Of a stretch of 64,000 bases of DNA, positions 28,971 to 39,299 are shown in pieces. Under the pieces are notes generated by a model. It had not been told where the DNA came from. It was given only the letters and a program-made list of their open reading frames with translations, and did no database searches. The stretch is taken from IMG/VR virus record IMGVR_UViG_3300044701_004608, positions 1 through 64,000 of that record; one strand, given 5' to 3'. How positions within the stretch are numbered: the stretch's first letter is position 1; each line of letters begins with the position of its first letter. The stretch is from a virus. The position numbers and the translations under genes are program-made.

Positions 28971-29882
28971 TTATGGCTGGCGCACAATATCAAGAGTGAC
29001 GCAATGGAACCCTCCTCCCAAGGTCCTGCTGTGCCGTAAGCGGTGTGGGATAACCGTGATGCCGCGGCTTTCAAGAGTACGTCGCAGGTCTGCTTGATCA
29101 GCATCCATGACCACTGTGTCCGGGGATAGACTCAGCATGTTGAGCGCGATCCACTTGCTGGCATAGGGGTATTCGTGGAACCCTTGTGGCACTACATCTT
29201 CCACCCATATCTTGTCCCACCCGTCAAACACTCGGGGGCAGGTGTTGGGAGTGACACGGCTGGCGTTCAACAACACCAAGCCTTCACGCAGTGGCACGAT
29301 GGTGGAGTCGATGTGTACCCCGGCATAGAAGTTACAGAGTTCTATGCGTACATTTGGAACGTTCTGGCACAGCCATTCATATGCGGCACGATTTCCCGAC
29401 GCCGATTCCAGGAACAACCAATCGTCGTTGAGTCTACAGATGTTGGCCGCATCTAACACGAGTCCTTGATCGCGTGGCATTTCGTATACATCACGAGCAC
29501 GCTCAACGACGAAATCTAGTGCTTCGATCTCCATGTCGCGGCAAGGATACATCATAGCTGCATCAATGACACGGCTACCGTGTATCACCAAGCGATCTCT
29601 AGGACAATAGTTGTACATACCGCCACGAGCCACGAAATCCATATCGCGTGGTCTATGGACTATCACACCTTCTTCTTCGAGGATGTCGCTCAATACTTCA
29701 AGGTCTTCGTTGGCTTCTTCGATGATCCAAGCAGGAACCGGACCCGAGGGCACAGGCGTTTCTTTCCATAACGTCTTTTCGCTTTCTTGTGCGAAAACAG
29801 GATCGCTGGAGGGCCAATTGGCATTGGTAGCAGAGCCGACTACTACTTCTCGTAGCCGGTCCCATTCGTTGAAACTGTTCAT
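28971..29882 (-). CDS. Amidinotransferase (glycine / inosamine-phosphate type)
   Basis: NEWDRLREVVVG, CPRD, HIDST, GGGFHC. Confidence 0.9.
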   Translation of the reverse strand: MNSFNEWDRLREVVVGSATNANWPSSDPVFAQESEKTLWKETPVPSGPVPAWIIEEANEDLEVLSDILEEEGVIVHRPRDMDFVARGGMYNYCPRDRLVIHGSRVIDAAMMYPCRDMEIEALDFVVERARDVYEMPRDQGLVLDAANICRLNDDWLFLESASGNRAAYEWLCQNVPNVRIELCNFYAGVHIDSTIVPLREGLVLLNASRVTPNTCPRVFDGWDKIWVEDVVPQGFHEYPYASKWIALNMLSLSPDTVVMDADQADLRRTLESRGITVIPHRLRHSRTLGGGFHCVTLDIVRQP

Positions 29883-30394
29883 AGATGTCCTGTGACTTGT
29901 AATGTATATCTAGGAGTCAGCCCTATATTAGCGGCCATGTGTGGCGTATCATACGTCCATTCAACGGTAGCGCCCGGGCTCCAATTCACATAAGGTCTAC
30001 CATCGTACTCGGCATAGTGGCCGGGTTGCCAACCTTCTAGGAATATCACCGCACGACGTATAGTTTGTTCTCGCCCTTGTAGTCCAAATATATCAATATA
30101 CTTAACATATCTGTCTTGGTGTGTAGGTAGCACTACGCCTGGCATCATGCGATAGTAACTGGTACCGATGTCTTGCCAACCTTTCGCTTGGAATATCTCG
30201 ATGATCTTGGCATTCCATTCGGGCTGTGGCTTACGCATATCACATAGATCACCGGTGAAAGGGCCGCGGTAGCCCAACTCCTGCCAGGTAGTCACATCGT
30301 CGGGCGCATTGAAGTCTTCGTTAGCATAATCTAATGCTTTGAAACTATCGTCCCAGAACGGAGTGGTGGTATAGTAAGTGACGGAATGTGTCAT
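29879..30394 (-). CDS. 2OG-Fe(II) oxygenase/cupin-like protein
   Basis: PTHQD, PHMAAN, R..LQVTG. Confidence 0.7.
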   Translation of the reverse strand: MTHSVTYYTTTPFWDDSFKALDYANEDFNAPDDVTTWQELGYRGPFTGDLCDMRKPQPEWNAKIIEIFQAKGWQDIGTSYYRMMPGVVLPTHQDRYVKYIDIFGLQGREQTIRRAVIFLEGWQPGHYAEYDGRPYVNWSPGATVEWTYDTPHMAANIGLTPRYTLQVTGHL

Positions 30395-31620
30395 CGGTTC
30401 CTTGTGTTTCCATAGTGTACGACACGATAGCGTGTGTCGTCAACAGGATAAGATCTCCATGGATCTACTATGATGCTGCCAGTAGCCATCTCTACATACA
30501 ATTCTTGCGCAGCTTGTTCGCCACTATAGCCGTAAGTGACACCACGATTGTGTGCCAAGAATGCTATACCTAGCACAGGTCCCTCGATGTCGTCGCCGGT
30601 GAGTGGATCGCAATAAGAGAATTTGGCACCTAGCTTTTCTAAGTAGTGTCCTATCAATAGGCTGTAACTACCATCGATATAATCGACATCGGGTTTGTAG
30701 GCTTTGCCCATGATGATGATGGGAAGGCGGCCACCTTGCTGTAGATAGTTGAGATAGAGGGCGATGTTCTTGGCTTGTTGTTCGCGAGCATGTATGATGG
30801 TGTCAAAGATATCGTACCCGAGATTAAGGTTCTCAGCAAGGTAGCGTAGCGCGATGTTGTCACGGGGATGGCAAGGACCTGCGTCACCCATGCCTGCGGT
30901 CATGTACTTGGGACTCATGATGCGGATAGTGCTCTTGGCCAATGCGTCGGTGACTACATCCACGTTGATGTTGCCGATCTTCATGGCCACATCTTGTATC
31001 ATGTTGACCAGGCCGATCTTGGCCGAGATGAAGGTGTTGTAGAACACCTTGATGCTTTCGCATTCTTCCCAGGTACCGATGATATAGCGCGGATCGTTCT
31101 CCATGAGTGGGCGGTAGAAATCGACCAGTTCACCGGCTTCGGCAGTGGTGTCTCCATCGTGTGTGCCGATCATGACCATCTCGGGATTGACCATGTCCCA
31201 GGCCACTGAACCCATGGCGATGAGATAAGGGTTGTAGACGAACCTGGCATTGGTGATACAAGGATATAGTCTCTTCCTTACAGTACCGGGTAGTACAGTA
31301 GAGATCAGGACCACGATCTGATCCTTGGTCACATGCGCATTGACATCACGGAGGACTTGTTCTACGATATCGTAGTTGAAGTCTCGGTTGTCGAGATGGC
31401 TAGTTGGTTCCCTGCCATCGTATCGTTCTTCGTGTGGAGTTTGTACCGCTACGAAAATAAATTGTTTGTCGTGTACCGCTTCTTCAAGGGTATTGGCTAT
31501 TTTGATCACTTCGCTAGACCGTGGATAAATATCATACCCAGTGACATCATAGCACTTAGACATAGCTTCTGCACATGGTAGTCCTAACTTACCTATTCCG
31601 ATAAACCCCACTTTTAGCAT
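30391..31620 (-). CDS. UDP-glucose/GDP-mannose dehydrogenase family protein
   Basis: GIGKLG, AVQTP, STVLPGT, K.FYN, GPCHPRD, G.AYKP. Confidence 0.92.
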   Translation of the reverse strand: MLKVGFIGIGKLGLPCAEAMSKCYDVTGYDIYPRSSEVIKIANTLEEAVHDKQFIFVAVQTPHEERYDGREPTSHLDNRDFNYDIVEQVLRDVNAHVTKDQIVVLISTVLPGTVRKRLYPCITNARFVYNPYLIAMGSVAWDMVNPEMVMIGTHDGDTTAEAGELVDFYRPLMENDPRYIIGTWEECESIKVFYNTFISAKIGLVNMIQDVAMKIGNINVDVVTDALAKSTIRIMSPKYMTAGMGDAGPCHPRDNIALRYLAENLNLGYDIFDTIIHAREQQAKNIALYLNYLQQGGRLPIIIMGKAYKPDVDYIDGSYSLLIGHYLEKLGAKFSYCDPLTGDDIEGPVLGIAFLAHNRGVTYGYSGEQAAQELYVEMATGSIIVDPWRSYPVDDTRYRVVHYGNTRNR

Positions 31621-31622
31621 AT

Positions 31623-32783
31623 ATGGTCTCCATTAATTATTGGTATAAAAAACTCTACGATGGGTTCTTCAAAGATCTCAAATTTGGGATGTTCGTCAAT
31701 TCTGACTATTTGCACCATGATCCTTTTTACATTTTTTCTCGAGTCCCGCATGATGAAAAAATCTTACACGACAAACAGACTATAGTATTCTTCGATCAAG
31801 AACCTTTTGAACGAAGGTTTATGGATTCTGCATTACGTCCCGATCCCACGAACGAGAATCTCAACTCTCAGTGGGCACGGTATTATACATTTCTTAAATT
31901 TTTTGTAGTCAGCGAAAAATCACGTGACATAGACTTGTTCTGTAAAAGCAGATCTCTAGAAAAAATTTATTACTTTTCTCATGCATTACTGGCCAACGAT
32001 TGGTATAGAAATTACTGGAAAGATGATATCAATATCGAATTCGAACATGAATATTTATTTGTAAATTACCAACATGTTTTAAATCCGAAGAGGTCTTATA
32101 GAGTTGATTTTATGTGTCGTGCCAATGATTGTGGGCTGCTTGATCATGGGCTGACAAGTTTTAAGAGCCCTGGGATCAACGAAATAGATAACATATTAAA
32201 ACAAACTCCAGAATTTTCTGAAGAAAGTTGGGCGATTTATAAAAAAAATCAACACATACTCGACAAAAATTATATAATCGACACTAAAGATCCCCATGGG
32301 GCTTTAAGTACATCCATAGACATTGAGAATTCAAAAAAATGTTTTTTACATGTGGTGTCAGAAACAGTTTACTATAGTAAAAAACTCCATCTCACTGAAA
32401 AGGTTTTTAAACCAATAGTGATCAAGCAACCATTCGTATTACTTGCGGCGCCAGGAAACTTAGATTATCTGAAAAGTTACGGATTTAAAACTTTTTCCAA
32501 TTATTGGGACGAAAGTTACGACAGCATCGAAGATCCCGGGCAAAGAATGGCGGCCGTGATAAAAATACTAGAAAATCTGAAATCTATGTCTTACAAACAA
32601 AGAGTTGAGATGAAAAAAGACATGCAGGACATTTTGCAATATAATTTCGATCATTTCTATCATGATCTTAAACATATTGTAGCCGACGAATTCATCACTA
32701 ATTCCAAAGAATCTTTCAGTAAATTTAATATCAACATCTCCGACGATCATTGGAAAAAACTCTATAAGATCCTGACTTTCTAA
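31623..32783 (+). CDS. Hypothetical glycosyltransferase-like protein, AT-rich
   Basis: VSET...LTEKVFKPI...PF motif; divergent from the sugar-modification cluster. Confidence 0.55.
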   Translation: MVSINYWYKKLYDGFFKDLKFGMFVNSDYLHHDPFYIFSRVPHDEKILHDKQTIVFFDQEPFERRFMDSALRPDPTNENLNSQWARYYTFLKFFVVSEKSRDIDLFCKSRSLEKIYYFSHALLANDWYRNYWKDDINIEFEHEYLFVNYQHVLNPKRSYRVDFMCRANDCGLLDHGLTSFKSPGINEIDNILKQTPEFSEESWAIYKKNQHILDKNYIIDTKDPHGALSTSIDIENSKKCFLHVVSETVYYSKKLHLTEKVFKPIVIKQPFVLLAAPGNLDYLKSYGFKTFSNYWDESYDSIEDPGQRMAAVIKILENLKSMSYKQRVEMKKDMQDILQYNFDHFYHDLKHIVADEFITNSKESFSKFNINISDDHWKKLYKILTF

Positions 32784-32835
32784 AAAGTCGTCTATCCAAT
32801 AAATACCAGTATAAAAATAAAATCAAGGAGCTGGT

Positions 32836-33114
32836 ATGGATTTCTTCAAACTCGTAGCCGAAGTAGGCTTTCCCATCGCGGCGGCCTGTGCTGGCGGTTA
32901 CTTCATCTTCCTAACACTTAAATTCATCCTGGCCGGGGTCATGAGCTCGGTATCGGGATTAAGTGGTATTATTACTGCCCTAGACAATCGCGTCAAGACC
33001 ATGAACCACGATGTCATACGCATCGACACAGTGGTATCTAACGCCCTAGGACTCAAGCCCGACACTAACCGTATCGCTAGAGCTGACGGCAAGAACGACG
33101 CACGTAGAGACTAA
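32836..33114 (+). CDS. Small membrane protein, YvrJ/holin-like
   Basis: VGFPIAA TM helix; paralogous to 33799..34164. Confidence 0.7.
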   Translation: MDFFKLVAEVGFPIAAACAGGYFIFLTLKFILAGVMSSVSGLSGIITALDNRVKTMNHDVIRIDTVVSNALGLKPDTNRIARADGKNDARRD

Positions 33115-33261
33115 GATGTATTCAGATCCACTGTTTGAATCGTTCCTAGTATTCTACTTGTTAGAGTGCTTGGTTTTGTTTTCGGCCTGGTATCTCTATT
33201 ATAGAGAACCTAAGAAAATAGAGAAAAAAATATATAACCCATGGGGGTTTTGGAAAGAATA

Positions 33262-33453
33262 ATGTTACACCTCGATTACACTTGGGACCTATCCGAAAAC
33301 GGGATATTGCTCGACGAAGAACTCAACATAGATCGCCTAGGCTGGCGCGGCGGCGATTATTTCCAACTAGTCAACATCAACGGCCGGGCCATGTTACGCA
33401 AAGTAGACCCATTGGTCAAGTTCCTCAAAGACGGAGAAAAAAATGAAAACTGA
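33262..33453 (+). CDS. Hypothetical protein (MLHLDYTWDL)
   Basis: ORF track with start trimmed; flanked by short membrane ORFs 33116..33262 and 33443..33601. Confidence 0.65.
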   Translation: MLHLDYTWDLSENGILLDEELNIDRLGWRGGDYFQLVNINGRAMLRKVDPLVKFLKDGEKNEN

Positions 33454-33613
33454 TTTCAACAAGATGGCTATATGGTATGACTCGGACATGCTCAAGTTTG
33501 CGCTGTTTGGCGCATTCGTTGGGTTCATAGTCGGCGTAGGTGTAGGATATGAGCTAGGGTTCAAGCCCGTGGTGAATACTGTAAGATACTTGATAGGATG
33601 ATAGGAGTAAAAA

Positions 33614-33802
33614 ATGAATGAACTTTATATCAATCATACGATCGCAGAATACCTATTCATGGTTTTGTGGATGGCATTCGTGTGTTTAATCATATACACA
33701 TATGTCAGAGTCAATGATCTTAAAGAACAGAGAGATTATTACAGATATCTACAGCAGATCAGAGAGCAGGCTTATAAAATTGATAGAAATCGAGGTGTAT
33801 GA
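33614..33802 (+). CDS. Small membrane protein
   Basis: AGGAG RBS; one TM helix. Confidence 0.6.
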   Translation: MNELYINHTIAEYLFMVLWMAFVCLIIYTYVRVNDLKEQRDYYRYLQQIREQAYKIDRNRGV

Positions 33803-34164
33803 TGGATTTAGTAGCGATGATCAACAAATACGGCTTCCCCATCGTGGCGGCCGGTGGCATGGGATACATGATATACTATGTGTGGACTTGGGCCACCAAA
33901 GAAGTCAAGCCTGTACTCAAAGAAGCCAACACCGTGCTGATCGCGCTGATCGATCGCATCCGCATGCTGGACAACGATCTCATCAGACTCAATCAAAAAG
34001 TTGACGTAGTGTTACACCTGCGTGGCAAGATCATCGAAGGTGAGCGTGTTATCGAACAGCAGAAGACCGAGCGTGAAGCTGGAGAGAAATTCAAACAAGC
34101 TATATCCGAAACTGATCAAGACAAGCAAGACGATAAGAAAACAGCGTCTGCCGGCGAAGGTTAA
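33799..34164 (+). CDS. Small membrane protein, YvrJ/holin-like
   Basis: YGFPIVAA...ALIDRIRMLDNDLIR matches ALDNRVKTMNHDVIR of 32836. Confidence 0.75.
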   Translation: MMDLVAMINKYGFPIVAAGGMGYMIYYVWTWATKEVKPVLKEANTVLIALIDRIRMLDNDLIRLNQKVDVVLHLRGKIIEGERVIEQQKTEREAGEKFKQAISETDQDKQDDKKTASAGEG

Positions 34165-34300
34165 TCCTTACGGCAAATGCTGGAGTTCACCGACTTCCCT
34201 ATGTTCGCATAGGGAAGGAAATACAGTTCTAAAAATACCTTAAGCCAATAGTCAAACGCCCTGGTCCATACATCATATCCGTACATGGCCTGCTCCTTGT

Positions 34301-36355
34301 TTACTTCTCGTGCGCGATGAACTCACCGTTCCAGTTATTAGGTAAGTTCTGCTCCTTCATGAACTCGCAACGTTCGATCCAGATCTTGTAATACTTGTCC
34401 ATCTGTCCACCGAACGAACCTTTCATCTTCTTACACATGGCTGCGGTCTCATCGAACTTTTTCTGTTTATATAAGGCATGCATCTTTTCATGTTGCTCTC
34501 GATCTTTGGTCCAATCTTCTCCGTTAGGACGTAAGGCTGTGTAGATCAAGTCTGCTACAGTCTTGCCTTTTGGCTGTAAGTTGTCTAGCATCAAGTAGAA
34601 GAAGTCGTCTTTAGTACGGTTGTATGTCTCGGCACCAATGATACACAATACGCCATATGCTTTACAACGTGCTTCTAGACGTGCGGCGGTTGAAACCATG
34701 TCGCCTAAGATGTCGTAACTGTGTCTATCAGTCGATCCCATCTCGCCGATAAAGCCAATACCAGTGTTACAACCCCAACCCATTGCGGCTGGTGGTAAAC
34801 CTTGTGCTTCCATTTCTTTAGTGTAGGCATCTACAGCATCTAACATCTGTAAGCCAACGGCAACGATCGTGCGAGCATGGTTAGGATCTTCGATCGGAGC
34901 ACCATGAATGTGCATACTCGCGTCACCTACATACTTGATGACCATGCCTTTGTTGTCCATGATAGGACGACTGATGGCATCCATGTAGCCGTTCATGTAT
35001 TTGCCGAGGCCAGCGACGTCATCACCATAGTGTTCACCAATGGGAGTGAAGCCACGCAGGTCTGAGAACATCACCGACACATCTTTGCGCACACCACGCT
35101 TGATCAAGTCGGGATCTTTCTGTAGCATCTCTACCACTTCTTTGCTACAGTATCCTGCGAACTGTTTTTTTATGGCTTGCTTCTGTAAGAACTCACTTAC
35201 AAACTTAACACCATAGGTGTGAAGAGCAACAAGCAAAAGACCAACAGTAGGTGCCGTCGCGTCGATGAGCACGTTTCGTGTAGTAAACATCCACCAAGAA
35301 CAAACAGCATAGGCAACGAGCCCAAGAATAGTTGTTGCGATACCGACATAAGTCCACCTCGATATTATTATTATTGTCAGAGATAGTGCCAGGAAAGCAG
35401 CCAGCTCAGCCATGTCGGCCCAGCCAGGTCGTTGAATATGGACGTTGTTAAACATCGTGCCGATCACAGCGGCTTGCACAGTTTGTGGCCACACGGATCC
35501 CTGTGCTGTGGCAACAGGGTTAGATAGGCCGGCGGCAGCGGTGCCCACGATCACTACAGCGCCACCTAGGTCTTGCGGTAGTTCAGTGAGCCCAACCGAT
35601 TTTGAAGTCTGGCTCCAGTCTATCCATATACGACCTAAGTCGTCTGTAGGTATGACGCCAAACTTGGGAATACGCATCTTCTCTACACCTAGCTCGTTGA
35701 GCTTGGCTTGGAAGTTGGGGTCACCAGCAATGACTCTCAGCACTTCCATAGAGAGTGCGGGATATACTTGATAGCCGGCTTTGTCGGGGACCGATACTAA
35801 TAACGGCATGCGGCGTGTGACGCCATCCACTTCAGGGAATGTGGTAGTGAGTCCCACACCCACGGCAGAGTTTTCCAGTCGTGGTATGTTGGCTATGATG
35901 CCGTCTACTGTGGGCAGTCGATCAGCGAACTGTGCGCCGATGATAGCGGCGCCAGGACTGCGTGGTTCGTTCTTGCCTTTAGGTGCTGCCACGTTGGGCA
36001 ATATCACTGGCAGTTCTCGCATGGCCTGTGACAGACGAGCATCGCCGCCGGAACGATCCGCCTCGGGCATCAAGACATTGAACACCACCAAGCCAGCACC
36101 GCGCTTGTAAAGGTCTTCGATGATGTTGGCGTAGATCTGACGAGGGAATGGCCATTGGCCATAACGCTCTAGCGCGGCTTCGTCGATGTTGACGGTGTAG
36201 ATATTGTTTTCTGTGGGAGTCTTGCTGGTGATCAGCGTGTCGAAGTATCTGAGTTTTATGCTTTCTACAAAGACAGGATTGGCGAGTATTGTAATTGCTA
36301 GAAAGACAACAGTGACCAGTGCCCACAGTGGGCTGAGTGCTATTTTTTTGAACAT
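34301..36355 (-). CDS. CHASE2-domain class III adenylate/guanylate cyclase
   Basis: IDE..L..YGQWPFPR (CHASE2), TM helices, FSDLRGFT, KYVGD, GDMVSTAARLE; start trimmed to MFKK. Confidence 0.92.
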   Translation of the reverse strand: MFKKIALSPLWALVTVVFLAITILANPVFVESIKLRYFDTLITSKTPTENNIYTVNIDEAALERYGQWPFPRQIYANIIEDLYKRGAGLVVFNVLMPEADRSGGDARLSQAMRELPVILPNVAAPKGKNEPRSPGAAIIGAQFADRLPTVDGIIANIPRLENSAVGVGLTTTFPEVDGVTRRMPLLVSVPDKAGYQVYPALSMEVLRVIAGDPNFQAKLNELGVEKMRIPKFGVIPTDDLGRIWIDWSQTSKSVGLTELPQDLGGAVVIVGTAAAGLSNPVATAQGSVWPQTVQAAVIGTMFNNVHIQRPGWADMAELAAFLALSLTIIIISRWTYVGIATTILGLVAYAVCSWWMFTTRNVLIDATAPTVGLLLVALHTYGVKFVSEFLQKQAIKKQFAGYCSKEVVEMLQKDPDLIKRGVRKDVSVMFSDLRGFTPIGEHYGDDVAGLGKYMNGYMDAISRPIMDNKGMVIKYVGDASMHIHGAPIEDPNHARTIVAVGLQMLDAVDAYTKEMEAQGLPPAAMGWGCNTGIGFIGEMGSTDRHSYDILGDMVSTAARLEARCKAYGVLCIIGAETYNRTKDDFFYLMLDNLQPKGKTVADLIYTALRPNGEDWTKDREQHEKMHALYKQKKFDETAAMCKKMKGSFGGQMDKYYKIWIERCEFMKEQNLPNNWNGEFIAHEK

Positions 36356-36369
36356 CAAGTATTTAGTGG

Positions 36370-36464
36370 TGCTCACTTCCGGGGTCCACGGTAGCGAATC
36401 GCTTTCCCCGCGCCAGCAGCCGGCGCACACTACGGTAACTTAATACCGGTCCTAAGGTGTGTCC
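36370..36464 (-). ncRNA. Candidate structured RNA, unassigned
   Basis: GC-rich intergenic stretch with several short stems: CACAC/GTGTG, CGGTA/TACCG, GCGCC/GGCGC, AGCG/CGCT, GGGG/CCCC. Confidence 0.45.
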
Positions 36465-37172
36465 TTATGGGGTCTTGACTCGAGCAAGACCCACGATCTC
36501 TAGCATCCTGATATACATCCAGCCTATGTCAAACTCCCACCACTTGTCGCTTAGTTTCGCCGAAGCAGGGCTCTTATGGTGGTTATTGTGTAGTTCTTCG
36601 CCGCCGACGATGATGCCAAACGGTGCGATGTTAGTGGACCGATCACCAGTCTCATGATTCCTATATCCTATGAAATGTGCCAATCCATTGATGACGCCAG
36701 CGGCCCAGAAGGGTATCCAAGCCATCTGTACCAACCACATCACTATGCCCCAGCCATGGAACAAGTATGTCTCTAGGACCAGCAGGGCAGTGATGCCCCA
36801 CTTGCTGTGGCTGCTGTAGATGTTGCGTTCCACCCAGTCATCGGGCGTGCCCACACCATAGGCTTCGACCATGGCCGAGTTCTTGCTGGCATCGTTGTAG
36901 AGCCACGCACCGCCAAACAGCACACGCCAGATACCGTAGACATGTGGTGAATGTGGATCACCTTCGCCTTCGGTGAAGCGATGATGCTTGCGATGTATGG
37001 CCACCCATTGCCGAGTGACCATACCTGTGGTCAGCCACAACCAGAATCGCATAGCGTGGCTGACTACTGGGTGTAGTTCTACTGCGCGGTGTGCCTGGCT
37101 CCTGTGTAGGTAGATGGTCACACACGCGATGGTGATGTGTGTCATCACCAATACTAAAATAAGTTCTGTCAT
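36465..37172 (-). CDS. Membrane fatty acid (delta-9-type) desaturase
   Basis: His boxes HRSQAH, HRKHH, HNNHH. Confidence 0.92.
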   Translation of the reverse strand: MTELILVLVMTHITIACVTIYLHRSQAHRAVELHPVVSHAMRFWLWLTTGMVTRQWVAIHRKHHRFTEGEGDPHSPHVYGIWRVLFGGAWLYNDASKNSAMVEAYGVGTPDDWVERNIYSSHSKWGITALLVLETYLFHGWGIVMWLVQMAWIPFWAAGVINGLAHFIGYRNHETGDRSTNIAPFGIIVGGEELHNNHHKSPASAKLSDKWWEFDIGWMYIRMLEIVGLARVKTP

Positions 37173-37173
37173 A

Positions 37174-37815
37174 TTATTTCCAAGTTACCATCTTGAAGCG
37201 TTCGTCGGGCATGCCCACGAACTGACACTTCCAATGGCTTTGTGCGAAGTAGTCTAAGTCATACCACTCGCTTTTCCGTTCCAACATCCTTTTCGCTACA
37301 TCGTCCCAGTCCAGTTCGCCAAAACGCATTTCAGCGAAACATTTGAGATCCAGCATCTCGTTGTGGTCGAAGCAGTCGTATTCCCAGTGTAGGACTTCGA
37401 AGCAGTTGCCTTCGCAGTCCACCCAGTCCACAGAGAAGTCCACCCCCCACTTGGGTCGTATGGCCAACAGTTTGTGGCACAGTGGCATGTCTCGAGTCCA
37501 GCGTTCTAATTGTTTCTTCGCCTCGCCAGCATAACCTTTGCGCTCATACAGGTTGCTGTGATTCAATGTGGCACCTACCACGCTCTGGCGATCTTGCTCG
37601 AACCAGTCTTGCCGGATGGCATTGCGATGCGGATGCTCACCAGTGAAGTGGCAATGATTGGCCCTGGCATATCTGCGCTCGATGGCTGTGAGATCATAAC
37701 CGGTCTGGTCGAACATCACGAAGTCATCGGCGATGGGCATGAACATCATTGAGTCTATGGGCATGTTCCAGAACCCGTCAGGGTTGAAACTGGTGCCTCG
37801 ATTCATCAAACGCAT
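37174..37815 (-). CDS. Hypothetical protein
   Basis: ORF track; start trimmed to MRLMN. Confidence 0.7.
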   Translation of the reverse strand: MRLMNRGTSFNPDGFWNMPIDSMMFMPIADDFVMFDQTGYDLTAIERRYARANHCHFTGEHPHRNAIRQDWFEQDRQSVVGATLNHSNLYERKGYAGEAKKQLERWTRDMPLCHKLLAIRPKWGVDFSVDWVDCEGNCFEVLHWEYDCFDHNEMLDLKCFAEMRFGELDWDDVAKRMLERKSEWYDLDYFAQSHWKCQFVGMPDERFKMVTWK

Positions 37816-37816
37816 C

Positions 37817-38212
37817 TTACAATGTATCTCGTTGGACCCACTGCTGTTCGTACTTCTTGGGCACGGACTTCTTCTGCTGCCCGGGTTGTTCGCCGGTATA
37901 AGGAGCGATCTTGGTGCCAGTGGCCGTGACACAGAAAGCGTCTTCGGCCACACGCTCAACCAAGCTCCAAGTGCCCGATTTGGGATTGGCGAACATGATG
38001 GTCACGAACTCCATGCTCTGGCCACCAACTTCGCGACCCGCGAGCATCGACATCATGGGCTGTTCTTCATATTTTGCCAAGACTGCGCCCAGGGCTTGTG
38101 TGGTCATGCAGTAAGCGTCAAACTTCACTGTTTCCACTTTGGGTGCTTCTTTTTCCTGGGCTGTAGCGATGCTGCCTGCTAATAGCGCCAACACCAATAG
38201 TAATCTTTTCAC
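37817..38212 (-). CDS. Hypothetical exported protein
   Basis: GTG start with AGGAG RBS; signal peptide. Confidence 0.7.
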   Translation of the reverse strand: MKRLLLVLALLAGSIATAQEKEAPKVETVKFDAYCMTTQALGAVLAKYEEQPMMSMLAGREVGGQSMEFVTIMFANPKSGTWSLVERVAEDAFCVTATGTKIAPYTGEQPGQQKKSVPKKYEQQWVQRDTL

Positions 38213-38235
38213 GACCTTCTCCTGGTTAAAGTTAT

Positions 38236-38664
38236 TTACCGTGGGTCCTTTGGCATCGCCGCGGTATGATCCCATTGATAGAACTCGAAAGGACTCTCGG
38301 GTTCGTCTTTTTTGCCCTTCATCTGTATTATCCGGCCTTTTTTGGCTTCTTTGACCGCTTGTCCCACTTTTTCTTGGTTCTTTTCGGTCCAAGGTATCTG
38401 ATGTAGTCTCGGGCCTTCTTTGTCGATGACCCAGATGTATATCCAAGGTTTGGCGTTGACGCCGTGTACTAATCTGCTGCCTTCCTGGGGCATGCTGGCC
38501 ACTGGTCGGCCCCGGATCTCGTCAAGGGCTTGCCAACTGAACCCTATACCAAACACCAGCAAGGGCGTCAGCAACAGCGTCAGCACGAAACTGCGATAGC
38601 GTATCAGTATGGTCAGCAACAATATCGCTAGAGTGAGGAATGAAGCCACGGCCAGCCAGATCAT
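38236..38664 (-). CDS. Membrane protein
   Basis: Two TM helices; coupled to upstream gene. Confidence 0.75.
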   Translation of the reverse strand: MIWLAVASFLTLAILLLTILIRYRSFVLTLLLTPLLVFGIGFSWQALDEIRGRPVASMPQEGSRLVHGVNAKPWIYIWVIDKEGPRLHQIPWTEKNQEKVGQAVKEAKKGRIIQMKGKKDEPESPFEFYQWDHTAAMPKDPR

Positions 38665-39299
38665 GGGTTTATCCTTTCGCCGGGCGGCGGCAATGTTTCC
38701 AGTGGGATGGCGCTACGGTCGGTCTCCGCGACCGTCGATACGAATCCATTGACATCCACAGTGAACGAATAATAGTTGTGTGCTTCTCCGCGGGCACCAA
38801 AATTGACGGTCTGCTGATAGATGATCTTGTAGGGATTGATCTTGAGCACTTCCACACGCACGGGTATGGGTGCTGAGATGTCTTGGTTAACGCGGTATAG
38901 GTGTCCGGATATCAAGTATTCGCCAGGCACTATGCCGCGTATGCTGACCGTCTCTTTGTTGCCCTCGACCATGACTTCTTGGCCATTGACCATCACGGTG
39001 TCGTTGAAACTGCCGAGGTCATCGCGGTCCAAGTTCATGAGCCCGGCTTCTTTGTTGCGGAATCCCACACGGTTGCCCATGGGATCTGCTACCCATAGAT
39101 CCATGTCGTTCTTGTCTGAGTCGGGCCATTCCATGGTGATCATGAACTCGGCCTTGGCCTTGATGTCGTTCTTCTTGGCCACGGGATTGATCATCAGGAA
39201 AGCCACCAGGAACAGGAACACGAATCCCACCAGGATGTTGAAAAGTAGATCTATGAACGCTATGGTGCTTTTGTAGCGGTCTTCACTGAGCATCGGCAT
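38661..39299 (-). CDS. Single-TM protein with ExbD/MotB-like anchor (FIDLLFN)
   Basis: TM Asp motif; DMDLWV.DP periplasmic domain. Confidence 0.6.
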   Translation of the reverse strand: MPMLSEDRYKSTIAFIDLLFNILVGFVFLFLVAFLMINPVAKKNDIKAKAEFMITMEWPDSDKNDMDLWVADPMGNRVGFRNKEAGLMNLDRDDLGSFNDTVMVNGQEVMVEGNKETVSIRGIVPGEYLISGHLYRVNQDISAPIPVRVEVLKINPYKIIYQQTVNFGARGEAHNYYSFTVDVNGFVSTVAETDRSAIPLETLPPPGERINP

